Below are positions 38,301 through 49,500 of a stretch of DNA of 64,000 nt, one piece after another. Position 1 is the first letter of the stretch. Each line of letters opens with the position of its first letter. The translations under genes were made by a program, and so were the position numbers. Source of the DNA: Takakia lepidozioides (taxonomy: Eukaryota; Plantae; Bryophyta); contig CM060731.1 in the NCBI GenBank assembly GCA_030704615.1, positions 47,864,001-47,928,000 of the forward strand, written 5' to 3'. Under the pieces are notes generated by a model that had not been told where the DNA came from, did no database searches, and saw only the letters and a program-made list of their open reading frames with translations.

Positions 38301-38943
38301 ATGCGTGAAGGGAACAGTTCGTCCTTCCGTGATAATGAAGCCCCCTCCCCCCGCAATTTGGCCTGTGCAAATTGGGACATCGCTGTCCTCAACCGAGATA
38401 AGCATGCTGGAGGAGGGAGGGTTTTGTCTTGCACGGTCCCGGGTGGTGCCCTTATGCACTGTCGGCACAGATGTGCCACATGCTCCGACAATGCCTCCAC
38501 CCGGTGCCAACTCCCACCCAACAAAAAGAGATGGAAAAACAGTGCGCCGTGTTGCTTCGGGTGCAGATCACGAATGCAAGATGGAATCGGCTAGAATTTT
38601 GCAGGCTACGGTGGCTCGTATCACCGAAGTCCCTTCCCCGGGGTATGGACGGATTTACACAGTGCTGTCAATTGGCTCAGTTCTTCATGCCAAAGAATAT
38701 CAAGTTACCATTGGGAATTTCCCATCGTGCACTTGTCCGGATTTTGTAACGATGCGTGAGGGCGCTCTCGGCATGAGAGGGAAGTGGGTCCCCTGCAAGC
38801 ATCAATATTACATATACCTTGTAATTATGTGTTGCGACGGTAAGAGAGACCAATTCATTCACCAAGCCACACTAGGCTACGGAGAAGTCATCACCCTTCT
38901 GCAGCGGGACACCTCGCGTAGAGCTCCGCCAACTTCTCTTTGA
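35372..38943 (+). CDS. Mutator-family transposase (GCM-like Zn domain, MULE DDE core, SWIM finger); one in-frame stop
   Basis: Exon 35372-37393, intron GTAAGC..CTGCAG, exon 37531-38943. Motifs: CVGHCKCLNISC..C..C..C..H.H.H (GCM-like); MFDHCKRV, FMADSAQA, CLFHW, NLAETVH (DDE); SCTCPDF..PCKH (SWIM). TGA at 38236-38238 with the same frame continuing downstream. Confidence 0.88.
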
Positions 38944-39332
38944 ACACATACGAGCCATGCCCGCTTCCCATGCTGGTTTCCAGGTTGCCGTGTGAAGACT
39001 TTTCATTTTATGACAAACATATACATTTCGTTCACTTGTGAGGGCAAATGCACTTGCGATTCATTGTAAGCGTCTCTCTGTGAATTGAAATAAACTGTGT
39101 CAATCATTCTGAGCTCAAATCTGACATGTTTACATATTCCTCTTTTTTGGCACGCATTGCAGACATGGTGCATGGTGGCCTCCTTTGTTTTGTCCACGGT
39201 AATAGGCCCTCTTCCTGCAATCCTCGCCTATAGGACCTGCTTCTCCAGCAGATTCATGCCGCTCACGCTTCAAAGCTTGAACGTGAGCTCAGCTCCCAGG
39301 CTCACGGGGCTGGGCTCACGCCGTAGCTACGC

Positions 39333-39580
39333 TGCCGTTTGGCCCATATGTGAAGAATTGAAATCTAAGACCAAGTGTAATTTCCTATGTATCCAAGTGC
39401 ATCTCCCATGTAGAGCCCCAATTGTCCACTGTCATCTAAGCCCAATTCCAATCTCCTATGTATCCAATGCAATTTCCTATGTATCCAAGTGTGTCTCCAA
39501 TGTCGAGGCCCAAGTGCAACCTCTAGGTCCTAGGGTAGCCTGTGTTGTTGGCCCATGTGTCCAATGTCATCTAAGTCATT
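39333..39580. repeat. Degenerate short-unit repeat, right part (continuation of 24811-25143)
   Basis: tgtgaagaattgaaatct, tcctatgtatcc and gaggcccaagtg motifs matching 24811-25143. Confidence 0.75.
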
Positions 39581-42319
39581 CAAGTCTAATCAGTTTTTTT
39601 CCACAGAGCCTACGACCAGATTTGTACTGGAGACCTTTCCCTTGATATCTCTACCGTCAAGGCTCCAATCATTGTCCCAGGAATGCCCACTTTGCCATTT
39701 TTGCTATTTTTTGTGAATTTCCAGCGACCAAAAGCACTTGGAATTCGACATCTCCCACACCGCAAGTCCAAAAATCGTGAGACCAAGCCTGTGCACCCCT
39801 CCTCATCGACGGCTTTCCAACAGTACCAAGCACAGGGCTGAGGCCTTACGATTGGGGACATCTCAAATCTACAAAACAAACAAAACAAAACAAACGTCTC
39901 GATTCATATATTGATGTATATACATAGGTGGATGCCATTAATTGTTCTTTAAATTATTTAATACTCAATTCAAAATTGTTCATTGAAAGTTCATCTCTAA
40001 ATATATGTATGGCAAGAAGAATTATTGGGGTTGACCAGAAAGATCCGAGGTTCATTCTTCATTCCTTAGTTCAAGGGCATGGCTTCCTCAAGGGTTTTAT
40101 TGGCTCTCTTGTAGAGAGAGACTTTGCAACATGTTCAAGTCAATGGAGAAAATGTGGTCAAAGGACCTTACACCTTGTCAAAGCACCGATGTTGTGCTGA
40201 GTCATGCCCCTCACTCTCACCTTTTTCTTAAGTGTGTTTTGCCAAAGCAAGAGAGCTCATCGCCGTTTTAGGCTTGTTTTATTTTTATTTTATTTTTGGG
40301 GGAATTTCTGTTAATTTATTGATAGAAAAGGGAATACAAACCAGGAAAAATAACCTGTGTGAGAAAGCGTGAAAAAAAAAGGCATGAAGGCAGAGGGGGA
40401 ACACTGCTCCGTGGCCCAGAGAACAAAAGTACACAAGTGGAGGGAAGCCAGGAAACTGAATTGGGGTCCTAATATTTTTCCCTCTTTGCAACGAAAGCAA
40501 AGGGCCTCTGTCCCCTTTTCGACAAAAAATGAAGCACTTAAGCTTTGAATCGCTTCATCAAAACTGTGGTCCCTCGCTTACTTTGCTTCTGTCTTGTGTA
40601 TGGTCTTTGGGTATGCCTTTAAGGCTTTCCTTGCCCTTGTTAATGTTAATTTTTTTAGGATGAGGGGATAGAACTTAGCCCTGAACTTCATATTGAAGGG
40701 GTCAAAGAAAAAATAACCATGACATGTCCTTTGTGCTAAACAAGAAAAGATTAAAAGTAAGCTTGAAAATATATAGAAAACAAATGCATGGAATAGCAAC
40801 ACCTGCCTATTGTAATTATGAATTGGTCCCTGTTCGCTGGAATCTCCAACTCGGTCCCTGTATGTTAGGCCTCATGGCAATATGTGAGGGTTTAATTTTT
40901 TCCCTTTTATCAATAAAAATTTCAGGGTCTCTGACCCCTCTTCCCCCCCAAAAAAAATAAAAAAAATAAAAAAATAAATGGTTGTAAAGTGATTAACAGA
41001 ATCTGGAAGATGACCCGGCCCTGCTTTCCTGGAACAATGGATCTGCCAATTCTTTGCAACTGGTATCCTTTGTATTATTGGGAGAAGAAAAAGACAGTAT
41101 GACTTGTTCCCAGCGTATTACTGGAGAGTCATTCATCTAGTTTATTGACCCTATGAACTACATCTTGTTCACACATTTCATCTGCCAATATGGATGAAAA
41201 ATTACACGGACAACTTGTCTTGAACTAATTCGTTTGCCAAGTACAATATAGCAGTCTACCTCTATATGAGTTACCCATGGGGAGATAAATGTAACAGGTA
41301 GAGATATTTAACATCATAACAGATATAGAATAAGAATCTTTCAAAATCACACTTAGAGAAGGAACACTTATTAAGAGCTTGAAAACTAGAATGTAACACC
41401 GGAGGAGAAAAATGATTTTATGCCAATAGTCTTGAACATGCAACTTAGTGATGTCCTTATCCAAGGTTAGGCATTTTTTTTTATCACTTTGGTGACTTCT
41501 TCATCCTATTGCTCTAAGAAAATATAAATATTGGCAAAAGCCTCACAAAAGACACAAGGAACCACAACCTCTATTTCTGCATTTTCTTCCTCCTCGAAAT
41601 CTATTTCAATTGGTCGCATATTTAAAAAATAATAATGAAAATAAAAGGGGAGCTTTGCCCCTGCAAACTTTGTTTGGGATTATTACGAAGAAAAAAATTA
41701 AAACCTCCGGGCAAACCAAAAGGCTACCACGCTGCAAGCAACAAGAGCAAGCTCACGGAACCATTATCAAGGGCCGAAGCCCGCACAAAACCAGTAAAAG
41801 TTGCTTATGTTAATAATGTCCATTTCAGTAGCTCACTGTTTTAACAGTGGGTCCCATGTTAGTGAAATTGAAAAAGTTTGAACAATCACTATGGTAACTA
41901 AAAGAGCTATGACAGTGGACCCTCTACTTATGTAGTCTTGTTATACGTCTACATATAAATAGCGGGGCTTATTCCATCATTTGCTCTGCAGGTATTAATT
42001 TATTATGGCACGGTGTATCGCACGTTCTTATGTTTGTGTGTTTTTTGGGGTCCTGCGTGTGCGGAGCCCCCTAGGTACTAGTAAGTAGTAACTGAATAAA
42101 TAGTAAGACGCAAGGGAAGAGAGTCCGGCTCTCTTTATATACCCTCACAGGACGGTTGGACCTTCTAGAAGCCCGACGACCCCTCAAGCAGTGGACCCTT
42201 CTAGAAGGTTGCCTTGGGACACATGTCACCCCTAGGTGACACTTGCTTCCCCCATGGCGCGCGAACCATCCCCTATTTAATAGGTCTCACCTTTCTATCT
42301 CTTTTAAAAAATCCCCTTA

Positions 42320-43518
42320 GAGCATCTCCACCCTCATGCGGAATACCTCCCTCCAACGCCAAAGGGCCATTTTCAGTGCCGTTTTGGACACAAACGGCAC
42401 CCCACCCTTTGCACGGAACTTTAAATCCCGTAATGTACGGGCACGGAAAATGGTTCCGCACACAGAATAATCGTACTTCTTTCAGTGCGCTGAACAAGCA
42501 ATAGAACAGGCCTCATTGTCAGGATGACGACCTCTGGAGCGCTCTCGCAGCTTCCCGCCAGCTACGTTCCATTGGCTTAACCTGCTCCTACCAACCGCTC
42601 GAAGGGGAAGAATTTATCAGTGGAAGAGGAGCGGCAACTATGTAGATCGTTTCTGGCTATTACTGGCAATGGCCAAAAATCCGAAGCATTTTGGAAGAGG
42701 GTTGGTTTCCATTTCAACTGCAAGCGCCCTGATGGTTTGCTTGAGCGGCCATATCGAAGCCTGGAATCAAAGTGGCAAACGATCCACCACGACGTGAGCA
42801 AATGGGTAGGAGTGTATGGGCAGGTAGTGGCATTGAGAGAGAGTGGCATTTCAGAGGATGACCAAATGCAGAAGGCGTTGAAACTCTAAGTGGACAAACA
42901 CCCTAAAAACCAATCGTTTGTGTTTCTTCATTGTTGGGAGATCTTAAGGCAAGTGCCGCGTTGGGCAGAGTTGCGCCTTGATGATTGCAAGAAGACTCCA
43001 GAAATGAAATGAAAGCGGCCGCTTCCCTCAGGCGAGGTAGACGACATCCATGTGGTGGAGGACGATGCAGATGCCTTGGGGAATGAACAACTTGCAGCCG
43101 CTTCAAAAAGGTTTTCTGAAGCACCCTCAAGGTACAGCGACTGCAAAGGATGATTAGAGAGAGAAGCGAGTAGCTAAACTTACAACGAGGGCCCAGACAG
43201 CCGCAATTGCCGAAATGGCTGCAGCCACAAAAAGAAGAGTTGAAGCCTTGTCTGATGCCTCGGCATTGAGCCTCTTCACCCTACCTGGGATGGAGCACAA
43301 TGATGAGGCCCTTGAATACTTGAGGTTGTGACGCTCTGAGGAGCTGTTGAAGGTGAAGTTCCGTATCCACTTGAGGCGTTGAAGCTGCTATGAAGGTTGC
43401 CGAAGCGAAGACCAATCCTCCCCCAATTATTCCCCCTGCTACTACTCTAATTCCTGTAAGTCAGCCGTCACTGGCAGAGCAGCCTAGTCCAACAGATTTT
43501 GTTGTGAACCTATCTCCC
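42320..43518 (+). mobile_element. PIF/Harbinger fragment with decayed Myb/SANT-like (NAM-associated) ORF
   Basis: TTA|GAGCATCTCCACCCT terminus; ORF remnant EEERQLCRSF..FWKRV..R..RSLESKWQTI..V.K..F.FLHCWEILRQVPRW (~42600-42965) with stops. Confidence 0.85.
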
Positions 43519-46500
43519 AGAGAGAGAGAAGACTCCGGTCGTAGCCGGCGTAACTAAGAGCCACTTCACCTTTGGGCTACTGCCCCCTTTCGGGGGTGGG
43601 CCCTATAGTAGTAAGGGTGTCCAGTCGGACACCAGGTAACCAAGGAGAGATAGTGGGGAGGGCTGCTATGAACCCCCTGGGGGACCCAGAGGGGCTAGCT
43701 TCGAGTTGGCGTTTGTTGGTAATGATGGCTGTGAGGGAGCGGAGTGCTGTAAGATGGATTGCTTTGAAACATTGATGGATTGAGAGAATGGGTATTTTGA
43801 AGTTGTCATGCAGATCATTAATACTGGCGTTGTGTATGCCACCCCGGGTTTCAGCAGTGATGACTGTGAGCTGGCCAGTCTTCCAACCCTGCCGGCGAAT
43901 TGCAAGAATGAGTGGGGTGTATTTTTGCCGTTTTTCCAAGATTGAGTCGTGAAGGTATCGATCATGACAAAATGTAAACTCGATAAAGTGGATGGTGAGC
44001 TGCAGGGATGGTGAAGTAGGTGGCGAGGCTTGAACAGACAACCCTTGGATAATGAGTATGTCCGGGCAGAGCCGGGCGGGGCATGAGCAGGGTACTCGGG
44101 TGCACGTGCATGGTAGGAGCCATGGTGGTATAATATGGTCTGGTGGCCTCCCTTGGAAAGTACCGGCGTTAATGAGGGTAAACCATCGGGTTTCGGCACG
44201 CTTTGTGAATAGTTTATAGAGATGCCAGACTGCTTGGTTGTGTCGGGTGATATGAAGACCATGGATGACCGGATGCGTGCATTGGCTAAGGAGGTGCGGC
44301 CAGGTATCACGTGCATTGTGAGTTGTGGAGCACAGTGGGCAGTAAGGTGATGGAAAGCGATGTGGCCAAAAAATGTGTTTGCGTTGGTGACCCATGTATT
44401 GGGCGTATCTGAATTTAAGTGTCTGGCAGATTTGTGCATCAGTGGTAGCTTTGGTTTGCCAGAAGTAGTTCGGGAGTTTGTGGTGTGATTTACCTCGGAT
44501 TGGGTCCGTTTTTTAATATGCACTTTGGTATGACTGATAGAGGCTGCGGCCTGTTTGTTTACTTCTCGGGTGAGGGTGGCCAAGAGATTGCATGTGGGTC
44601 ATGGTGCGGTCGGGTTCGAAACTGGGTGTATAAACCAAAAGGGGTAGAAGTGGGCGATGTGGATAGGGTCGTTCGTGGGGTTAACTTTGATTTTGGTGGC
44701 ACCGAGCTGAGCAAGGAGGTCGGCCTCCGCATTCCCTTGAATACCAGTGTGCGAGCGTACTTTGAGTAGGTGTACTTGGTGCTTTATAGAGACGGTCGCG
44801 TTGACGATTGGCTGAGATGAGGTTGCGGTCAGGATGATGGTGGTGGGAGGAGGGGCGGGCAATGTGATTGCGGATGAGGAATAAGGAGGTAAGGCTGTCA
44901 GTGAAGATGAAGTGTGTGGGGGGGGGGGGGGGGGGGTATCGAGTAGGAGGAGAGTGTCGTATATGGCCATAAGCTCGGCTCTGAGAATAGTGCAGGGCTA
45001 AGGAGCCTGAGGGCCAGGGTGATTGCAGCCTACAGTGTCCATTTTTTGACGTAAATGTGTCATTTTTCCTATACATATTTTGTTGGTTTTGATCTACAAT
45101 CTTATATTTCTATGAAATTTCTTAAAAGGGACTCACAACATTGTACCTATCTATATGTAGTATCTGCCTTCTCAGACTTGCCGCCAAAAACCGTTATCTC
45201 TAGAAGTGATGGACTTCATGAAAAGTCCATAAGCTTTTGTTACAGTCCATACAAAACTTGTTATGGACTCATTATCTATTATATTTTGTAACATAATTGG
45301 AATAAGGGACTAAAGAATCTAGTGTGAGAGTTTTTTAATATTTTTACTCATTAAACTAAATTTTATGTACTTTATCAACATACCAATAACAGCCATTTTC
45401 ATAAAGTCCTTTACAATATGAAAACCAAAACACCCCATGAACTGTCTTCATTAAATACAACCATTTATTATAGATGAGGGGTGGCCCAAGGTCAAATATT
45501 CAAAAACATGTACTTTTGTGATTATGGTCAAGTTTGGATTAGGTCACCGACGACACGTGACGGCATATATCCTCCATAACATCTTTCTTTTTCCCATTTG
45601 AAATGACAGTATCCCAACAATAGACGTTCCATATGATATAGTGCAACTGAATCCATGTTTTGGTTTTTTTCATGATTTTTGTATTTTTATCTTATGTACT
45701 TTTATGTAGGCCACATCTTCAACTTTTTGGTCCACTCTTCGTTGCAACTACCCGCCACCTCTCTTCCTGTATCTACGTGATAGATACCATAGCCTGCATT
45801 AGTTTGAGTAAGGGATCCGTCAGTGTAATGGGAGTTTGCAGGGGGGGTATTTGAGGGGATAGGATTGCTGATAGGATGGAGGAACTGGGGGGGGGGGGGG
45901 GTTTGTTGGTGTGGCCTGTGGGGGACGTTGCAGTGCCTCGATCCAGGCTTTATTTGTTTAATTCGGGGGAGGGGGGTAGGTATATTGGTACAATGGGGGA
46001 TATGTGGGTGGTGGATGATGGCCTTTATTTTATGAGTAACGGTTAGTAGATGTTCTAGTTTGTGATAGAAGGTTGTGGGTATGTTAGCGTAGTGGGGGTT
46101 TTGGACATGCATGATGCGGATTAGGGTGGGTTCTTTTTGCCTGAGGTATTTGGGAAAAGGAGGGGTATGGGTATATTTAAGCTGGTTTGGGTCAATTGTG
46201 GCTATTAGCTTGACCTCCACAGGGAGGCGTAGAAGTGGGTGGGAGGTGGTAGGTGTGCTTTGATGTGTGAGGATGAGGACGGTTGAAGCATAAGAAGAGG
46301 AATGTGCAGCAAATTCGGCCCATTGAAGAGCTTCATGGGTGAGAGGTCCAGGTGGGAGGTGAGCGAGACCACGGCCTTCCTAGGTATGTTGGGTAGCATT
46401 ACCAGAGGCCCCGAAGATGCAGTATCTATGATGTGGGCTGGCAAAGGTGTCGAGTTCCATAGGGTAGGTTGGTGGGTTGGAGTAGTATGAATGAGTGATA

Positions 46501-49500
46501 TGAAATGTTTGGATAAGTAAGGTGAGAATATCTTGGGGAATAGTATGATGTGCGCTTGCCATTTCTAGTCGCGCAAGGGAACGTGGTTTTTTAGGCGGAG
46601 TGTCTTTGAGATAGCGGTCGATAAGCCAATATACTTCTGTGGCAAAATCTTGTTGAGGTGGAAGTAGCTCATGTGAGTATGTCTTTGGGGCAGAATACTT
46701 GCTCCATAGCCATGTTAATCTATTGGTGGGGATAAGCCCTATGTAACGGCTGTTTTGTGCATATTTACTAGAAATGCGAGGTCCCATGCGGATTAGAGGT
46801 TGGGCATGTTGGATATCTTTGTCCGGGTTGCATTCAGCTATGCATATGTGTACGTTGGGGGCCGAGATCAGTTTATGAATGTATCTATTGTCTATATGCT
46901 GAGTGGGGGTGGCATGTTGTTGGTGAATATGTGTTAGGTAGTCAATGTTAGTGGTTTTGTAGAACGTGGTGAGAAGGGTGAGATTGTGGTCGGGGTCACA
47001 TTCATCATGTGGACCAAATAGATCATCTTCTATTTGCCATGTATTGTCTTCATCAGGGTAGCCGGCCCACTTGCAATGGTAGTACGTGTCGATGCAGGTG
47101 GCCCCAAAGATGTCAATTGATGTTTGGGTTTTTATACCTAATATGGCTTCAATGACGTAGGCATCTGGATTGTCAGAGTTAGGCGGGGAGGTAGGGTGAA
47201 ATATTGTGGGGGATATTGGAGGATGGGTAGGGGTGTCTTGTGTATTGGCTGGGGAGGTGTATGTTAAGGAAGAGTTGCCGATTGGCAGAATGTGTTGCAG
47301 GGCAGGTTCTTGAGGAAGAGGATCGGGGTCCATAGATGAGGGGGTGTTGGCGGTGTTTGATGTGTAGAGCTTCTGGTAAATGGAAATGGTTGGGGTGGTT
47401 CTAGATATTGAGGGAGTAAATCTTGAGTCGTGTGTGGGTAGTAGGGATATGGAAGATCACAATCAAGGGTGCATGCTTGGGATAGGTGGCAGAAGAGTGT
47501 GCGGAGGTGCTATAAGTACCGGCTAGTTTTGGTTGTAGCACGCGAGAATTTAGTAGTGAATTCACTTGGCCTTAGGAGCCGGTGTCCTATTGCTGTGGTA
47601 AGTTGGGTGAGGGTAGTAATGTGACGTTCTTTGAAGTAAGTGAGGATGGGAATTTTTTGTTTTGGGTACGAGAGTTCAATCGTGATAGAGATGGACTTGT
47701 AATCCATGCATGTTCCAGTGGTGATGAGGTGTTGTGGTAGCCTGGTAGGTCCGTTTGTATTCTTATTTTCATTTAGCGGAGGATGAGTAGTGTGCGCGCA
47801 GTGGGGGAGTGCAGACAAGCTTGTGGATGTAAGGATGATAATGAGTGGAGATCGTTGTATTTTTGGGCAAAGAATCTGAGGAGCCCCTAATAGATGAGAC
47901 CAGGGCGCCCATGATCATTTAACTAGTGCTTCTTTCAACTGTGTGCCTAATGTGCGAGCATACAAGATAAATAATGGGCTTGAGCCAATTCCATAGCTAT
48001 CGGTTGGGAGTTGTGTTAAGACATTGGGGGTGCTGACTGGTAAACCGCATACTCATTTGGTGAGATGAATGATTTGTTTTGTTTAGTTTTTTTAAATCTG
48101 GTAGGGAGAATGGTGCAGCGTGGAATGCATATTGAATTTGGGTTTGGAGAACTGATTGAATAATAGATAGTTTGGGGCGAATGGCAATTGGGGATTTGAG
48201 TAGGGCCATGCTATTGTCAACAAGTTTGGATGTTGTAGATTCTTTCTGTATGTGCCAGGTGAGAGAAGGTACTAGTTGAATTCCTAGATAAGTGTATGGC
48301 TCATCCGATCCTAGGAAGGGAAATGGTTTGTTTTGGTAATGGACATATAGTTTATAGTGTGAGGCAATGGAGGTTTTAGTGAGTCGGCTGTGGTGTGTGG
48401 CGACTGTGATAGCACATTTGTGTAAGCTTAGTTCCATGCCTGACCATTGGTTGAATCTAAATAGTTTGGAGACTTGTTTGTTTAGATGTTGCGGTTTATG
48501 TGTGAGAATAGCGAGGTCATCTGCGTATGTTGCGACGGATATGTCGCTTGAGGAGGTTTTGTACTCATAACCGAGCTTGCCCACGGGCCAGCCATCTGAG
48601 TAGGGGTTCCAAGAATACAATGAAGAGATAAGGGCTTAAGGTGTCTATAGTGCCTCGTAATATTGGAATAGGTTGGGTGGAGCCATAATATGCTCCAAAG
48701 TACTCTGTTACACTGTTTGTGTAGATGTTACCTATGAGTTGGATGACATCAATGGGGTATCCAAGATCAATCATAATAGAGAATAGTTTTGTATGATCTA
48801 GAGAGCCAAAAGCGTTTTTAAAATCTATATATATAAGATATATGTCTTGCTTAGTGAATTTGACGTCTTCAAGGGCAGATAGTACATATTGTATTTGTCG
48901 GGTTGTGCTGCGCGTAGCTTGGAATCCTTCTTGGGGATCACTTAGGATGCGGTGTTGTTCGCCATAGTTGGACAACATGGTGGTTAATGTGCTGATAACA
49001 TAGTTTGTATATGGTATTGGCTAGAGCTATAGGCCTGTAATTGCTAAGATCCGTTGGGTCACATTTTTTAAAGAGTAGGATGGTGCGACTATGTTTCCAA
49101 GTGTGTGGTATGCGTTGTAGCTTATAGTATAGCTGAATTTTTTTGAAAAGGAGGTGGTGGAGTTGTGGGTCAAGTGCTTGAAGTATAGCGTTAGGTATCA
49201 GATTGGGTTCTGGGGTTTTGGATTTGGATAGTTTTTTAAGACATGATTCGTAGATGTCGGGTGTAAAGAGGTCGAGGATGCGATCAATAGGGGACCCTCT
49301 ATTGTCTATTGAGAAGTCGTCTATGTCATGCCATGGGTAGTGTTTAGCTTTGCACATGCAATGAGCAATGTGGAGAGTGGGATGTAGGCAGTTGGTAACT
49401 GTGGGTGTGTAGGTAGAGGATGCTTGTGATCATATTTCTAGGTTGATATCTTTTGGGTCAGTTAACATGTGTCCGAATTGGTGTTTGATGCAGTCGATAG

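Larger units (their letters stand above)
25144..39335. mobile_element. Large Mutator-like (MULE) element with transposase, ParB-methyltransferase cargo gene and internal satellite
   Basis: Termini share an identically spaced inverted motif, gcta-N3-cgtgagcc-N6-cgtgagcctg-N-gagc. The direct repeat tgccgtttggcc lies at 25132-25143 and 39333-39344 (9-bp core cgtttggcc if the element ends at C39335). The host repeat is interrupted exactly here, and a MULE transposase lies inside. Confidence 0.85.

Noticed and set aside
42070-42250. Solo LTR remnant (TATA-like motif, cttctagaag palindromes)
   Set aside because: No TG...CA ends, TSD or second copy could be identified.
44917-45901. Poly-G tracts as G-quadruplex elements
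   Set aside because: They are expanded Pro-codon runs of the C-rich LINE coding strand.
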